Counted from the first letter of the stretch, positions 11,815 to 24,463 are shown. The stretch: 64,000 nucleotides of DNA from Leidyana gryllorum EB-2025a (GCA_048772705.1 JBLWGC010000224.1:62001-126000); one strand, 5' to 3'. Numbers and translations: made by a program. Notes: a model not told the origin generated them from the sequence alone.

Positions 11815-12622
11815 CTAGCCTGCTGCTAAGTAGTGATTGATCCATTTCGTTATCTCCGTCCATCTTGGATCATCTGCCCCCGCCCGAACATTTGTTACTG
11901 CATATGAGAACCGCGACTGGTGGAGTGATCTCAACGTGGACACATTGTATAACCGAATCAAATGCTTCAGCACCTATACGAGTTTGGATTAATGATGAGA
12001 AAAGTTGATGTCACCTGTGTTCCATTGTGACTCATTTCCGTTGGATTCTCGGGGTTGGAATACTCTCCCCAGTCATTGAACAATAAGACGAAGAAGGCCG
12101 TTTCGAAAGTCGAGGATGCCATGATTTCGGCAATCCAACCTTTCGCCAACGCCACCTCTTCGGTCCGCCACTCCATCATGGACACCACCCAGATGACCCC
12201 ACGAACAAAGATGTTCTTGAAACAGTCCAAATGTGACCGCATCATCTGCCAGTCACCTGACACCTGAAGCATTAAGTGCTATGTGACACCCAAGTTCTCA
12301 TCGCGCACCCTCCACTCACATCCCACAAATACACAGGTTTGTCATCTATTTGACACGGCTCCATATGGAAGGTGGGCGTGGGTCCCAGTATCCTGTCGAG
12401 GTGTTCTGCGTCCACAGTGGGTGTCTTGAGTTTCAAGAAGAGAGTCGTCTTCCCACTGTTCTGTGGTCCCATGATCAAAATGTGAGGTACAGTGCCGAAA
12501 AAGGAGTCTGGATCGTCTAACCCTACGGGATCGAAGAATTGCTTCACCTGCAGGGCTTTCCAATGTTCTTCGTCGACCTCCTTATCTTCATCGTCGCGCC
12601 CTCTGCATAAAGCTGCGCCCAT
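11815..12622 (-). CDS. Atypical ARF/ARL-like small GTPase with N-terminal acylation motif
   Basis: MGAALC; G1 GPQNSGKTT; PTPTF; WDVSG; GVIWVV; LLFN. Two short introns. Last exon ends KWINHYLAAG*. Confidence 0.7.
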
Positions 12623-12653
12623 GGATACAACGCATGTATCTGCTCCCTGGCAT

Positions 12654-14174
12654 TTATTCTGGCCGCAAAGGGAAAGAGACAACAGATCCGTGCGAATTAA
12701 GCACTCCAGTCACATTTGCCAGATCAATCCATCTTTCCACCGGGTCGTTACCCACATGAGCCTTCAAAAAGCTTCTCCGGGTGTCCAGGTCCGCTTCACT
12801 TGCACTGCCGTCCTCGGCTACCTTGCAAGCGTGGAGCATATCACTCGCCATGTAACACGCCCACTCGATGCCAGTCGGCAGTAAATAGGTGGGATGCTCG
12901 AAATGGTTTAATTCTCTCTTGCATTCGAAAACTGTCAACAGTTGATGCATGTTGCCCGTCACCACAACTCTCACCTTTGTGCTTGTCGTTCCAGACAACT
13001 CGAATGCGACCGTTTGTACCCCAGATCGTCCAGTCCAGTACTCTGAAAGGACTCCGGACGACCGTCAGACTGCCCCTACGTCCCTCTTCGAACAGCAGAT
13101 CACAGACTGCACTTGTGTACTCTGAGGCTGCGAGTGACAGAGAATCTTAGTACAAAAACACTTACCTTCGCCTTCCACTGTGGTAGCTCCCGTGAGACTC
13201 TGGACTCTCCCAAACACTTTGCGTAGCATCGCCAAACCCGCACTCATGGTACTGTAGAGCTGATGGGTCGAGAACGCTCCGGTGGTGTACTTCGTCTCCA
13301 AGTGAGCCTTGAAGACATTCATCAGTCTCTGGCGACACTGTACAATGATTGCATTCGTTTGTTCATTATCAAGTTCCCATAGAACATGACTCATTGTTAA
13401 TTGTGAACCTGTCACCGTGCCCACATCGGGCAGGATTTTCTGTAACTAGGGACCATTTGTCATCATTGCTGAGGCTCCTGAACTCACTTTGTTGATGAAA
13501 GTCTCATAACGGGCCGGCTCGAGTGTCAGCCAGAGAGGCGACAGCTCGTCTTCGATTGGACGGGGCGCTCCCATAATCAAAGAGCTCACTTCTGCTACCT
13601 CCTGCGCATCGATCGTGGGCAAAGTAACGGACAGGACGTGGAGCGTATTCTTCGGAGCGGTCGAGATGTTCTCACGAATGAATTCCACCTAAAGTGCATC
13701 GGAGAATACCCAAAATACGACAAAGCAGATCGCTTACGTGACGTCCTGGAGGGAGAGCGACCACCACCAGACCCAAGTCAGGGACCAATTCTCTCGCAAC
13801 GGGCACAGCCAGCTACTGCTGTGATTGGCTGAAGGAGCGATACCACATTACCTTCGCATATTTGCAATTTGGACAGTTGCGTTCATGCGCAGCACCATGA
13901 AGGACCACAATTTGTTCCTGGAACATGTCTTTGAGGATCTGTCGAGCAAAGTATGACAACGGCCGTTGTGAAGCGGATACCTCAGCGACAGCGAGCGCAA
14001 GAGCAGTACTGGGAGCCCATACAGCTTTGATTGTTACTTTCTTGTGTATCTGGATCAATGTCAGGGCGAGGGCGACATCTGAGGTGCTCGATCTTGGAAG
14101 CTCAGCGTAGATTGGTTACCTTCGATGTCGCAGGGCTGCTGGGGTCCAACTGCCAGCAGCGCCGAAAGTGTCAT
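12654..14174 (-). CDS. Multi-exon hypothetical protein, possible degenerate nucleoside-hydrolase (IUNH) fold
   Basis: About 6 short GT-AG introns join ORFs 13813-14058, 13446-13688, 13065-13424 and 12654-12998. DIEDVALAL, VEFIRENI..APKNTLHVLSV and LIMG weakly echo IUNH motifs. Confidence 0.45.
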
Positions 14175-14195
14175 TGACCAAAAAAATATGAATCA

Positions 14196-15086
14196 ATGAT
14201 GCGAGTTGGAGAGCCACAAGGCCAAGATGAACCTCCCCTAGCAGGTGAAGAGACCGATGAGCCCGCACTGACAATCCCTGTGCGTCGGGGGGGTCGACCG
14301 ATGCGTGAAGGAGACTGGGAGTGCGCTTGTGGGAACGTAAACTTTGCAAAGCGGACACGATGTAACAAATGTGGCGTCTTAAAGCCCAAGAATCTGGCCC
14401 CGACCCCTCAACCTAAACCACTCGGAGGTGAAGATGGAGAGATCAGTGGGCCTCCCGGAGCTTTGAAGAAGGGCGATTGGATGTGCTCAGGGTATGTCTG
14501 GCTGCATGTGGAGAACTGATAATGACGATGGTTTGCAGATGTCAAAATGTTAATTGGGCAAGGCGAGAGCGATGCAATCTGTGTCACGCTCTGAAACCAG
14601 CACTTCAGAAGGACGCGGATGCAAAGCGGACTGGACGTGCTGGCGGGCACTTCGACCTGCAGGATCCGTAAGCGTTCAAATACAACAGCTGAAATGGTTT
14701 TCGTTTCACAGTGCTGATCGACTGACGCACGATTCAGATGATGGTGAGTGAAATGTAAATAAAGATCCAGTTATGGAACTAGTCAATGATCTTGATAGAG
14801 GAATTCGACGAGTTCGGACGGAAAAAGCGGAAACGACAACGCTCTACCCCGACTCGACCTGATCCACTTCCTGCTGCATCAGCCTCGCCTCACCCGAATA
14901 CGGAGCGAGTGAAGCTAGTTTTTCCCCCCGCCCCCATCAGCGAGTCGGAGTCGGAGAACGAAGACGGTAAGTTACCCTCTGGTCGTACGAAGCCATTTTT
15001 TTCTGACCTCAGCAATGGGCCCCGCCACGGGGAAACGGCAAATGTACCATCGTCCCACACGCGCAGCTCATGGTGGTCGACGATAA
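14196..15086 (+). CDS. ZRANB2-like double RanBP2-type zinc-finger RNA-binding protein
   Basis: GDWECACGNVNFAKRTRCNKC; GDWMCSG|CQNVNWARRERCNLC; RTGRAGGH; EEFDEFGRKKRK. Four short introns. Confidence 0.82.
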
Positions 15087-15215
15087 GGTTATTCGGGGGT
15101 CACCGCTGCTGCTGGAAGGGTGGGGGGCGGCGTCGGTAAAGCGTCACGGTATACTTTGATATACACCCTGAAGATATGCATGGTGTCAATATATAAATCA
15201 AAGATTGACGATTGC

Positions 15216-16967
15216 TTACGGGCGGCTTCTCCATCGTCCCACACATTCCCCACGGATGCAAAAAGTGCCTTTGGCCAGCTCCGGCGGGGGACTCGGGGTT
15301 GGTGACGCGCTTGATGGTGTTGGAGCCGGAGCAGTCTGAGAAAGTAGGGTACTCTCCAAACTAGTCACCTCCTGACCAATAGGAAGGACTTTGCTCTGTT
15401 GCGTCAAATTCTCCAAAACTTCAACCTCATCGTCATCTTCGTCCTCCGAAGTCTCAATCTCAGATTCGCCTTCACCCTCAGCAGCAGTTTGCTTCTCATC
15501 ATCACTGGAGGAACGGGATGTTATCGGGGAAGGTACTCCCGACCCGACCTTCACAGGAGATGTAGAACAGGATAACCGAGTCAGATCATCCGGCGTTGCT
15601 GTAGGGTGCGTCACAACTTTCTCAGTCATGACTTGTCCTTGCATTGCGGCCACGTCGGCAAGATGCAGATTTGCCGACAGGCCAGTACTCTCATTCAGCT
15701 GCAGTTCTTTCACCTGCTGCTGGTGGGAGGCCTCCACCTCGTTCTCGCCACTGGGGGAGGGCGTTAACTGAGGCGGGCACTCCTCCGTGGCTTCGTATTG
15801 GGCAGTTTCCAAAACCGAAACAGGACTATGGTGGGCCCCAGAATCAGAGTCAACCACTTCTCCTCTCTCAAGCAATACTGGAGAGGACGATGAGGACGAG
15901 GAAACGACTTCTTCAGGCTTGGGAGTCACCGAAGAAGCCGAAGACGGAGAGAGCGAAGATACCACAAGTTCTTGTGCATTGACTTGTGGATCCTTTGGGT
16001 CTCTGGGGAGAGATTGCAAGGAGCCCATGGGCGAAGACGACAACTCGGACTCCCCTCCGAGCAGGTCTTGACCGCCCTCACTCTCGTCTCCTGAAGACGA
16101 GATTTCACTCACGGCAGCATCAAACTGTCGTAATTCGCGTCTTCTGACCAGATAGAAAGTAGGAAACTGTAACAGCGTATCAATCCCGAGTTGTGGTGGT
16201 ACTTTGCACTTACTTCAATAACTACACAGTCCGCCAACGAGTCCTTCAACCGGTAATCCAGGTCGAGTAGCAAATATCCGCGAACATTTACTGGTTGAGA
16301 AAAGTCTTCCATCAAAACGGCAACGTTGTCAATGCTACAACCAGAGGGCAGCTGAGGCTCCACTAGCTGACGAAGAATCGTGTCATGTGACACACTGCAT
16401 GTTCCAAATCAACTTTGCTCAGATAGCCTCCTTAAAGGCAGTGACTTACGCTTTATCAAATTTCGATTGTAAAGAAGCACCCAGATGATTCTCGTATTGG
16501 CAGCGCCAGCGAATCTTGCGGTTATTCTTGCTATTAGATAGACAAGTAGTATTTTCACGACGCCGCTGAAAACGCGGCGGCACCATCTTGAGTATCACCC
16601 GGGATTCTTCTGCTTTTTGACGTATAGCCTTGAAGCTCGCGTTGCCGTGCTTCGACTTGTTGGCCAGCCCAGGAGTCGTCAGACCAAACTTCTCGGACGA
16701 CACTCCCGCGTCATAGCGAGCACTGCATTCGATAGCTCGGCCAACTTTCTCCAGAAATCTAAAGTCACGGGCCATGTCATCGTCGTTCATGTCTCTCAAG
16801 GAACGGTCAGCTACTTCTGGAGCCGAACCCGCGCATTTGTCTTGATCTTTATGCTCTCCTGTGCACTGCGCTGAACATGTCTCCATTTGGCACTGGGGGC
16901 ATCGATATATAGCAGGCCTTTCCATGCATACTTTGCAGGTCCGGGCCGCTCGCTTAAGTGGTGGCAT
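15216..16967 (-). CDS. BCD1: Box C/D snoRNA protein 1 (zf-HIT, ZNHIT6-like) with long acidic Ser-rich tail
   Basis: CKVC..PAIYRCPQCQMETCSAQC..HK...C; DFRFLE; RRRENTT; VIE|FPTF spliced into ORF 15216-16112. Confidence 0.8.
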
Positions 16968-16986
16968 ACTTGCAAAAATAATTATA

Positions 16987-17898
16987 ATGGCTGAGGGGGG
17001 TTGTGGCCGTTGTGGCAGGTCCAGCCGCAAACTAGTCCGTTCTTCGGACTTCTGGGGGACTTCGTACTGCGAATCGTGCATTAGGTTGCACAGCTGCGCA
17101 TCCTGCGGCCGGCGCACGACCAAAAGCCCAACCTGTGCCCGCTGTTCCGATTGGGGAATCTGTTCCACCTATGGAGACCTGCAAACGTGTGCGGTGCGCG
17201 CTCTATCTTTCCTCGAGCAATCAGTGGGTTTAAGGTTCACAGAGGAAATGCTGGACCAACAACGGAACGGCCATGCGAGAACTCGGGACCGCTACTTCAT
17301 CGCGAGTCTTTGTGATCCCAGACCGGCAGCTTACCAAGTATCTCAGAAGATATCAAAGGTTGAGGCGTCCTGTGGCATCCCAGCGCCATGGCACCCGTAC
17401 AAAGAGATCATCAAGTTACTGAAAATTAACTTTTTCCCCGACGAAACTGATCTAGTGGATACCAAACGATGTCTATACGGACGCACACGCACATCGATGT
17501 TGGGCAGCGTAACCAGTGTACAAGTAGCACGCGGTCTTCCGACCAGAAGGGTGGAAGCGACTTTGGCTCACGAATTAACTCATGCTTGGCTCCACCTAAG
17601 GCGAAGCTTGACTCCGGCTCTTCTCAATTCCACCTGGATGGTGCACAATACAGAGCCGGAGACCACTGATGAAGAAGGTTTGTGCAACGCAGTCGCCCTT
17701 GCTTATCATGAGTCGGCGTCAGTCCCGACCAAAATGGCGCATCTGGTGCAATTTTGGAAACATCAGATCCGGAGTGGGCGGTTCTCAACCGCTACGTCAC
17801 GAGCGCTTTTGATCGCCTCCAGCAGGGGCTGGAATCACGTTATACTCCATGTCGCAACTACAGGTCGACTACCCATGCGCTTCACAGGGCAGCGATAG
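16987..17898 (+). CDS. DA1-like zinc metallopeptidase with N-terminal LIM-like Cys domain
   Basis: FWGTSYCESC...CASCGR....CARC; GLPTRRVEATLAHELTHAWL; EEGLC. Single exon. Confidence 0.75.
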   Translation: MAEGGCGRCGRSSRKLVRSSDFWGTSYCESCIRLHSCASCGRRTTKSPTCARCSDWGICSTYGDLQTCAVRALSFLEQSVGLRFTEEMLDQQRNGHARTRDRYFIASLCDPRPAAYQVSQKISKVEASCGIPAPWHPYKEIIKLLKINFFPDETDLVDTKRCLYGRTRTSMLGSVTSVQVARGLPTRRVEATLAHELTHAWLHLRRSLTPALLNSTWMVHNTEPETTDEEGLCNAVALAYHESASVPTKMAHLVQFWKHQIRSGRFSTATSRALLIASSRGWNHVILHVATTGRLPMRFTGQR

Positions 17899-19876
17899 GA
17901 CTTGTGGTACTACCCGTTTCCTCGCGGAATTCCATGGTAAAAGCCTCAATGTCGGCCACAAGCGACTCCTCATGCATTTTCTTCAAGAGACGCAACTGCA
18001 ATTGCAGGGAGTGCATGCAAGTAGTTAGATAGTTAATATGGTGTACCTGACGTATAAACGCTTGCTCGCGACTATATAAAGCCACTGTGTGCAAAAACTG
18101 AGTTTTGGTCCCTGTGGATGATAAAAGACATAAAACTTTGAAACTCCGTCCCTCCATCGATGCCTCACCCAATGTAGAGGCATGAAGAGCCAACAAGCCC
18201 GTTTCTGTGGCTCGCATAGTGGCTGCGATCCGTTCCGCAATTGGTGGTGGCGGAGAGATCGCTGCTGACCCAGAGCCATCCCGATTAGGTTGAAGCCACG
18301 GCCGGCATTTGGTGAAACCTGAAAGAGATCGTGTGTCTGATAAATTGATACTTGCTGCCCAAAATTCCATTTGGAGTGTGGCGTGTATAGCACATTCGGG
18401 CATACTCAAGCATGATCAAGCATGATCAAGAAGAATCAAGCACAATCAAGCAGATCATCTAGCACAATTCAGCAATATCTCTTGTGCGTTATGCTGATCG
18501 CGAGCACAATGAAGCAATACAGCTTTGTGCACTGTGCGAATCGGACTGCACCGAGCGAGAATATGCACACTGATCGATGCTGTTCTCTCACAGTGTGTGC
18601 ACCAGTGCGTGGCAGTACACATCGATGATTAGCACAACGACGATGTATACTCACCGTGTCTTTCCACCTCGTCCCTCAGTATTTTGACAGTCTCATCTCG
18701 CTGGCGTTTGTGCAAATTGGACATAAACTGCAGCACTTCTTGCTGGTGATAGGTCAAACCATATATATAGACACAGCTCAGCGAGGACGCTGCCACTCAC
18801 TGGGTTGGCTTTCGGCTTGATCCCACAACGAGTCGGTAGAAGAGGTAAAGCGCCCTTCAGCGCGTCCTCGAACATTGTGTTGATCTCGTCGAGCAGCTGT
18901 GCAACAGTTGCATCCTGCAAAAGTTCGGTCGTGTTTCCGGTCGAAAGTTATACCTACAGCGCGAGAAAGCCGTTTGCACGTTCGGGCAAAAGCAGCAGCA
19001 TCTGTAATACCATGAGTACTCAGTACCTGAGCCTCTATTCTTCGAAACTCATTTTTGGAACTATCTTTCAACAGAAGGTCCTCAATGGAGCCCTGGTAGG
19101 ATGCTTGTACAAACGTTCGGGCGACGCTGGTAGGTGTCTTAGGTGGAACTGGTTCAGTAAAGGTACCTGGCGAGGTCGCTGATAAGCTCAAAATCAGCTT
19201 CCGCGATTTCGGATAATATTATAGCACATGCGAGCGGATGAAGGTCGAGATACGTCTCGATACCCCAAATTTGCTGCCAGCAGCGGATTGCGAGTTGGAG
19301 GAAGGGAGTGGGCGTTTCTTTGGGGGGTGTGTTCATTCTATAACGCACACAAGAAATTTGGCGAGCACAATCACTGTGACTTCCAAAGCTTCTGGTTCTC
19401 CTGGTGTGATCTCTGTGTGAGCTCACATAATCCACATCGGGAGCCCTTGAACCTGTTATCTGGGTAGACAGCATAGTGAGCTTGAATGCCAGTTTTGCCC
19501 CAACAGGGAGGTACTAAATCCTTCTCTACATCCACTTCGAAGGGTGCATTGGTAGGCCATTCGCCACTGAGTAAGGCAAGAACAGATAAAAGAACGCCCC
19601 GCGCACGTAGTAACTCACTAGTCTCCAACTTCCATAGAGTACTGTTTCTCCTCAACTACTTCACCATGCTGCAAGCGTGGGTCCGTCAATTGCACTCCGG
19701 GAGGAAGCACGACGGTTTTGATGACTGTGGGCCGGTATGTGAGCAGTTTCTGTGATGGTTTGATCAATCTTTTGGGGGCTTGTATAAATCCTACTAACCT
19801 TCAGTTGTTTGTCGAAATCTGATCGGCTCTGAACAACGAATTGATCAGGCGGCCCAAGTGACTGAGAGTTTCCCAT
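17882..19876 (-). CDS. Multi-exon hypothetical protein, N-myristoylation-like start (MGNSQS)
   Basis: Chain of minus-strand ORFs separated by GT-AG introns, including a long intron at 18319-18654. No family recognised. Confidence 0.5.
18401..18455. repeat. 10-bp tandem repeat (catgatcaag-like x5) in an intron
   Basis: catactcaag catgatcaag catgatcaag aagaatcaag cacaatcaag. Confidence 0.8.
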
Positions 19877-19948
19877 TATGACTATAGATGCTAGACTTCA
19901 GGTGACTAAGTTATATATAAGCACGTTTCTACACGCTTCAGACGTGCA

Positions 19949-20919
19949 TCACATGCTTATCTTTGTAGCGCCTACTGCCAGCCCGGCAGCCTCCTCACGA
20001 CTTACGGCCGTCGTTGCACCGGCATTACTCATCTGCATGTCCAATTTAATCTTGTCTCCTGGTCGGAAGGCTGGCATGCCTGCGTAAGGACAGCTGGAAC
20101 ACCGGAAAGCATCTCCTAAATAACACTGCAATTGGAATGAGATAGGAATCCTAGAGTTGTGACCAGCACTTACACTTCCACAAGACGATTTAACGTTCCC
20201 CTCCTCAACTCGTCGCTTTGCCTCTTCTGCTCCCAACTCTGCCTCCAACTCCTTGCGGCCACATGAACAATTCGCACATGCCCGCTTTTTGGTGGAGCAG
20301 TCGCTTTTGGTACCCGATCGGGCCTGATAATCAGCCAGAGGATCCTCCTCTACTCCGGTAGCAACGTCTCCTTCAACGACGACTGCGTGATTACACACAC
20401 GTGTCCATAGGGTAAATAAGTTTGGGTTGACTTACAGGGTGCGACCGACCGGGCAGCGCCAGTCTCGAAATTGGGTTTCTCGCAAGCGAACTGGAACAGG
20501 TCTTCCCCCTTGGCATTCTTTTTGGGCTTCAAAACTCGACCTCCGATGAAGCCAGCAAAGAGAGCTTCACGGGATATGGTTGCTTTGACCGCCTCTGTGT
20601 CATGCGACTGGAGCGACAGAAGCATGATTATGTTACGTAGCGATGAGCTTACCGGCAGCAGAACCACGTGCACATTGAGAAGGCCTCGGGGAAGTAATCG
20701 GGCAGAAATTGCATCGAAAAGCTTTCGCCAGGATGGTAGCGTAGCTGCTTGGACCGAAAAACAGTCTATTACATTGTATGGTACTCGTGTTGCGACTTGA
20801 TCAGCATAGAGCTCTTCGTGTGTTGCAATGTCAAATCCTTGTTTTCGATAGTGCTCCACGAACTCTGGAGTCTCCGTGGTACCCTCTAAGACGAGCAAAC
20901 CTCTTGTCTGATTCAACAT
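19949..20919 (-). CDS. DRE2: Anamorsin / Fe-S assembly protein
   Basis: [17 protein letters not shown] and KSSCGS|[22 protein letters not shown]. Short introns. Confidence 0.92.
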
Positions 20920-20995
20920 TCTATGCTACTATACTTTACTTGATAGCGGTTTAGTTTTTTTTTCTGTTAGTCAGTGTCAATGGTAAGGGATCTTC

Positions 20996-23624
20996 TTAAG
21001 CCTTGCGGGTTAGTTGCCTGCGGTGTCAATATGCGTGTGGGGTAGGGGCAAAAAGCGACACTTACGCTCTGGCATGGGCCTGCAGTCTGATTAACCCAGG
21101 TAGAGATTTGTGAAGCTGCTGCATGGTGTCGTACTTGGCGTACAGTGCCTGGAGAGAAAGAGGTGATGAATGTGTCTGAGTAAACGGGACAGCTTACCTC
21201 AAGAAGGGAAACAAGGGGTTCCCAGGCAGCCATGAGTTCTCGCTGCCTAATGGTCAGGAACTTTGTCGCATCGTGTTTGAGGAAGACCATTGTATGTCCG
21301 ATAGCGTAATCTCCTTTCTTGAGTTGAGCACCAGCAAGAAGCTTTTCGCAAGCGTCCTTCGGGTCGAGAGACTTGTCTCCAGATACACCGACATCGAGGA
21401 ACTTGAATTGGTAGATGAATTCATTGAAGGGACGTCGGTAGGAGTAGCCGAGGTTACGCAGTTGCAGCGCTTCCAGGATGGAGAGGGCGTGCAATTGGAT
21501 GAGAACCTTGGCCGGGGTGTACTTGAGAGCCGCTTTCTCTTCGTTGGGCTTCAAGCATCGAACAAAGTGTGGCTCGGTACTGTTGATCAGATCCATTAGA
21601 GTGGACAGCTGGGTCAAGAATTGGGCAGAAATGAGCTGTTCCTTGCCAATCTTGCCTTTCTCCATCTTGACACCTGCGAACAGCTCTGCGGTCACAGGGT
21701 TACTAGACTTCTGCATGACTTCAACGAGCTCGGCCTTCAAGAGATCCTTGTTCTTCGCCAAGAAGCCCGTGACACAGTATTGGATATCACCAATGGTGTG
21801 GGTCACAATGAAGTTGGTTTCAGACCCGATCTTAGCCTTGGCAAAGTTGGGGTGATTGCTGAGAGAGGTAGCGGCTGCTGACAGGAACTTCTTGTCATCT
21901 CCACCAGGCGCCAGACAGGTATCTTCGAGCTGTGCAACAACTGAACGCTTCTTGTTGCAGAGAAGATCAATGATGGGAGCGTTGGTAGTCCAAGTGAGCT
22001 CGGCAGCGCTGATACCTTCGGATCGGTAGAGCTTTGTCTCCCGGTCGAAAACGACGTCGACAAAGTTCTTCTGGAGCATTTCGTTGGTGATGTTGATGAA
22101 CAATTGCTCCAGGGAGTTGTTCTTGAACACCTCGAAACCGAAGATATCCAACATACCCATGAAGCGGTTAAAACCCTCAGGCGGCTGGATATTGCTGTTC
22201 AACTTTTTGACAATCCAGTTGAACAGAGAGTTGTAGACGGCCTTCTGCATGGATTCCTTGATGATATGAGCATCACCTGCAGTGTAGACTCCCTTAATTT
22301 CCTGTCCGGAGGCCTGGGTGATCTTGACAAGGAGACCATCCTCGACTTGAGCCGGGTCCAGGACCATCAATTGCATGGCAGTGTTGAATACATCTCGGTT
22401 GCCAATCACAGCGGCGTCGGGGATACCGCCACGGGTCTCGCCCTTAATCTCAACATTGCCCAAAAGCATAACGCCAGACACGAGGGCGAAGATCTGGTCC
22501 ATCTCGGCCTCATTCATTCCCATCGATCGTAAGGAAGTCTTGACCTCTTTCATGTCCTCGACATCATTCTGCGCGGGTATTGATTATCAGTGGGGAAGGA
22601 TTTGGGAACTTACAATGCCATCAGCGTCCATAGCCTTGGGGTTCACACTCTTGTAGCTGGTGGGTGACTGCAGCTTGTATTTGGTCTTCTCGTTGGCATC
22701 CAATCCCTTGAGGACTTGGTAGAAAATGTGGTAAGAGCGTTCCGCCTCATCCTGTGACACGAAGGTGTTGGCCACGTCTCAAAAGCTTACCTGAGTAACG
22801 ATACGAGACATCTCGAGCAGGAAGTTCTTCACGTAACCGTACTCGATACCACCACCCGCAGCGACTTGGAGCTGCATGAAGCGACCGAAACGGGAAGAGT
22901 TGTTGTTCCTGACGGTCTTGGCATTGCCAAAGGCTTCGAGGACGGGGTTTCCGGCAAGCACAGCAGTCTGAATCCTGAGATCGATGGTCCCGGACTTGGC
23001 AGCGGCAAAGTAACGCATGATTTGCTTTGTGGCTTCAGTCTTTCCGGCTCCGGATTCTCCCGACACGACGATGGTCTGAGACTTTCCTACGGAGTGGAGA
23101 TTCTCCAGTGCAGTACGAGCGATGGAGAAGACGTGGGGGGGAAGCTTCGAGGGGTCAAAGGCATCTCGGTACTGTTTGATCACAGCTTCGGTGGCGTTAC
23201 CGAGATCCTTGAAAGGATTGATCGCGAGAAGCAGAGGATCAGCCGTGACATAAATCTGGCCCTTCACATAACGTTGACGGATAAAGTCAAGGACAGCCGC
23301 CGCGTTGGTGTGGGGAATCATTCCGATATCTGGGTAACCCATGGGATCAATGTTTTGATTCGCATTGTATACATTAGATTGTTTGGCGTCGAACGGAACT
23401 GCACTGGGGTCATCCGGGTCAACCTGCTTGAGCTTCAAGGTGTCCTTAGTTGATCCTGGAAGGACCAGACACTTGGCGAACATGAGGTCAGCATTGGACT
23501 TGACTGCGGGAGCACTATCGCACCAGACCTGAAGACCTTTGAACACCTGGCCAGATGAATCGAGGGGATTGACTTCAGAGCTGAGACGTTGAAGTCGACG
23601 AGCGTCCTTTGCATCGGAAGACAT
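20996..23624 (-). CDS. MyoA: Class XIV myosin A (glideosome motor)
   Basis: N-terminus LSSEVNPLDSSGQVFKGLQVW..LMFAKC, GESGAGKT, NNNSSRFG, LDIFGFE, tail-less C-terminus LIRLQAHARAQLTRKA*. Four short introns. Confidence 0.95.
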
Positions 23625-23712
23625 GCTTGCTTGATTATTAGTTCGAGTATTAAAGGAGTGACTTGTCACACATATTCGCGCATGCGGATCTGGAACTGCG
23701 GAGTTAAGAGCA

Positions 23713-24387
23713 CTACACTTGGCGATGACGTCGAAATAGCCGAGCAAAGCGGTTCCATCCATGAGACTCAGATGCGCGCGAATGTCGTAACAGTCGGGCA
23801 CGACTTGCCAACCATTCCACCCTATCGCGCTCTATACGTAAGGCCAGCGCGTCGGGCAGAGCTAAAGAAGCCAGACTCTTCGGAGTACGCAGAGTCAAGC
23901 CGCACATAGGACAGCTCTCTATTACACCACGGCCGCCAACACACTCCAAACATGCTAAGTGAGAGCACGGCAACAGAATAGGAAATAAAACTAGCTCCCC
24001 ACATATTACACACACTATGTGGCGAGGAGCCGCAGGTGCCGATGGCCCGTCATGGTGTCGATGAAAGAGACGCATTATGCCGCGAGGGCGGCGGGGCTCT
24101 ACCCCCTCCAGCGCAGCACGGGGCGCAAGACGCGTACGGGATCGTGGAATAGCAGCCACTTGCGCCAGAATACGCTCCTCTACTTCCCGCGAGTTCAATA
24201 CCGCCTCATCTGAATCTACTGGATTACATGGTACTTCTTCTTCATCATCCGAACTCGAGGGGGAGACTGGTGCTGTCGCAGTTCGTCGAGTAGTGTCAGG
24301 GCGCGACGTCCACGCGGATCGTTCGAATACACTGCGCGTCTGCTGCACCCGCGACTGCACTTTCTCGACACTCGACTGGGATACCAT
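23713..24387 (-). CDS. C3HC4 RING finger protein
   Basis: CVICGELVLFPILLPCSHLACLECV...CPMC. Confidence 0.75.
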   Translation of the reverse strand: MVSQSSVEKVQSRVQQTRSVFERSAWTSRPDTTRRTATAPVSPSSSDDEEEVPCNPVDSDEAVLNSREVEERILAQVAAIPRSRTRLAPRAALEGVEPRRPRGIMRLFHRHHDGPSAPAAPRHIVCVICGELVLFPILLPCSHLACLECVGGRGVIESCPMCGLTLRTPKSLASLALPDALALRIERDRVEWLASRARLLRHSRASESHGWNRFARLFRRHRQV

Positions 24388-24463
24388 TAATTCTAACTAC
24401 CACATTATACGGCTCACTCGCCTCCTCCACAATTGACTCTGACAAAAGTTTTGTCGTACAAAC

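Noticed and set aside
23625-23801. N-terminal extension of the MyoA ORF
   Set aside because: Overlaps the RING gene; MyoA homology begins at Met 23624.
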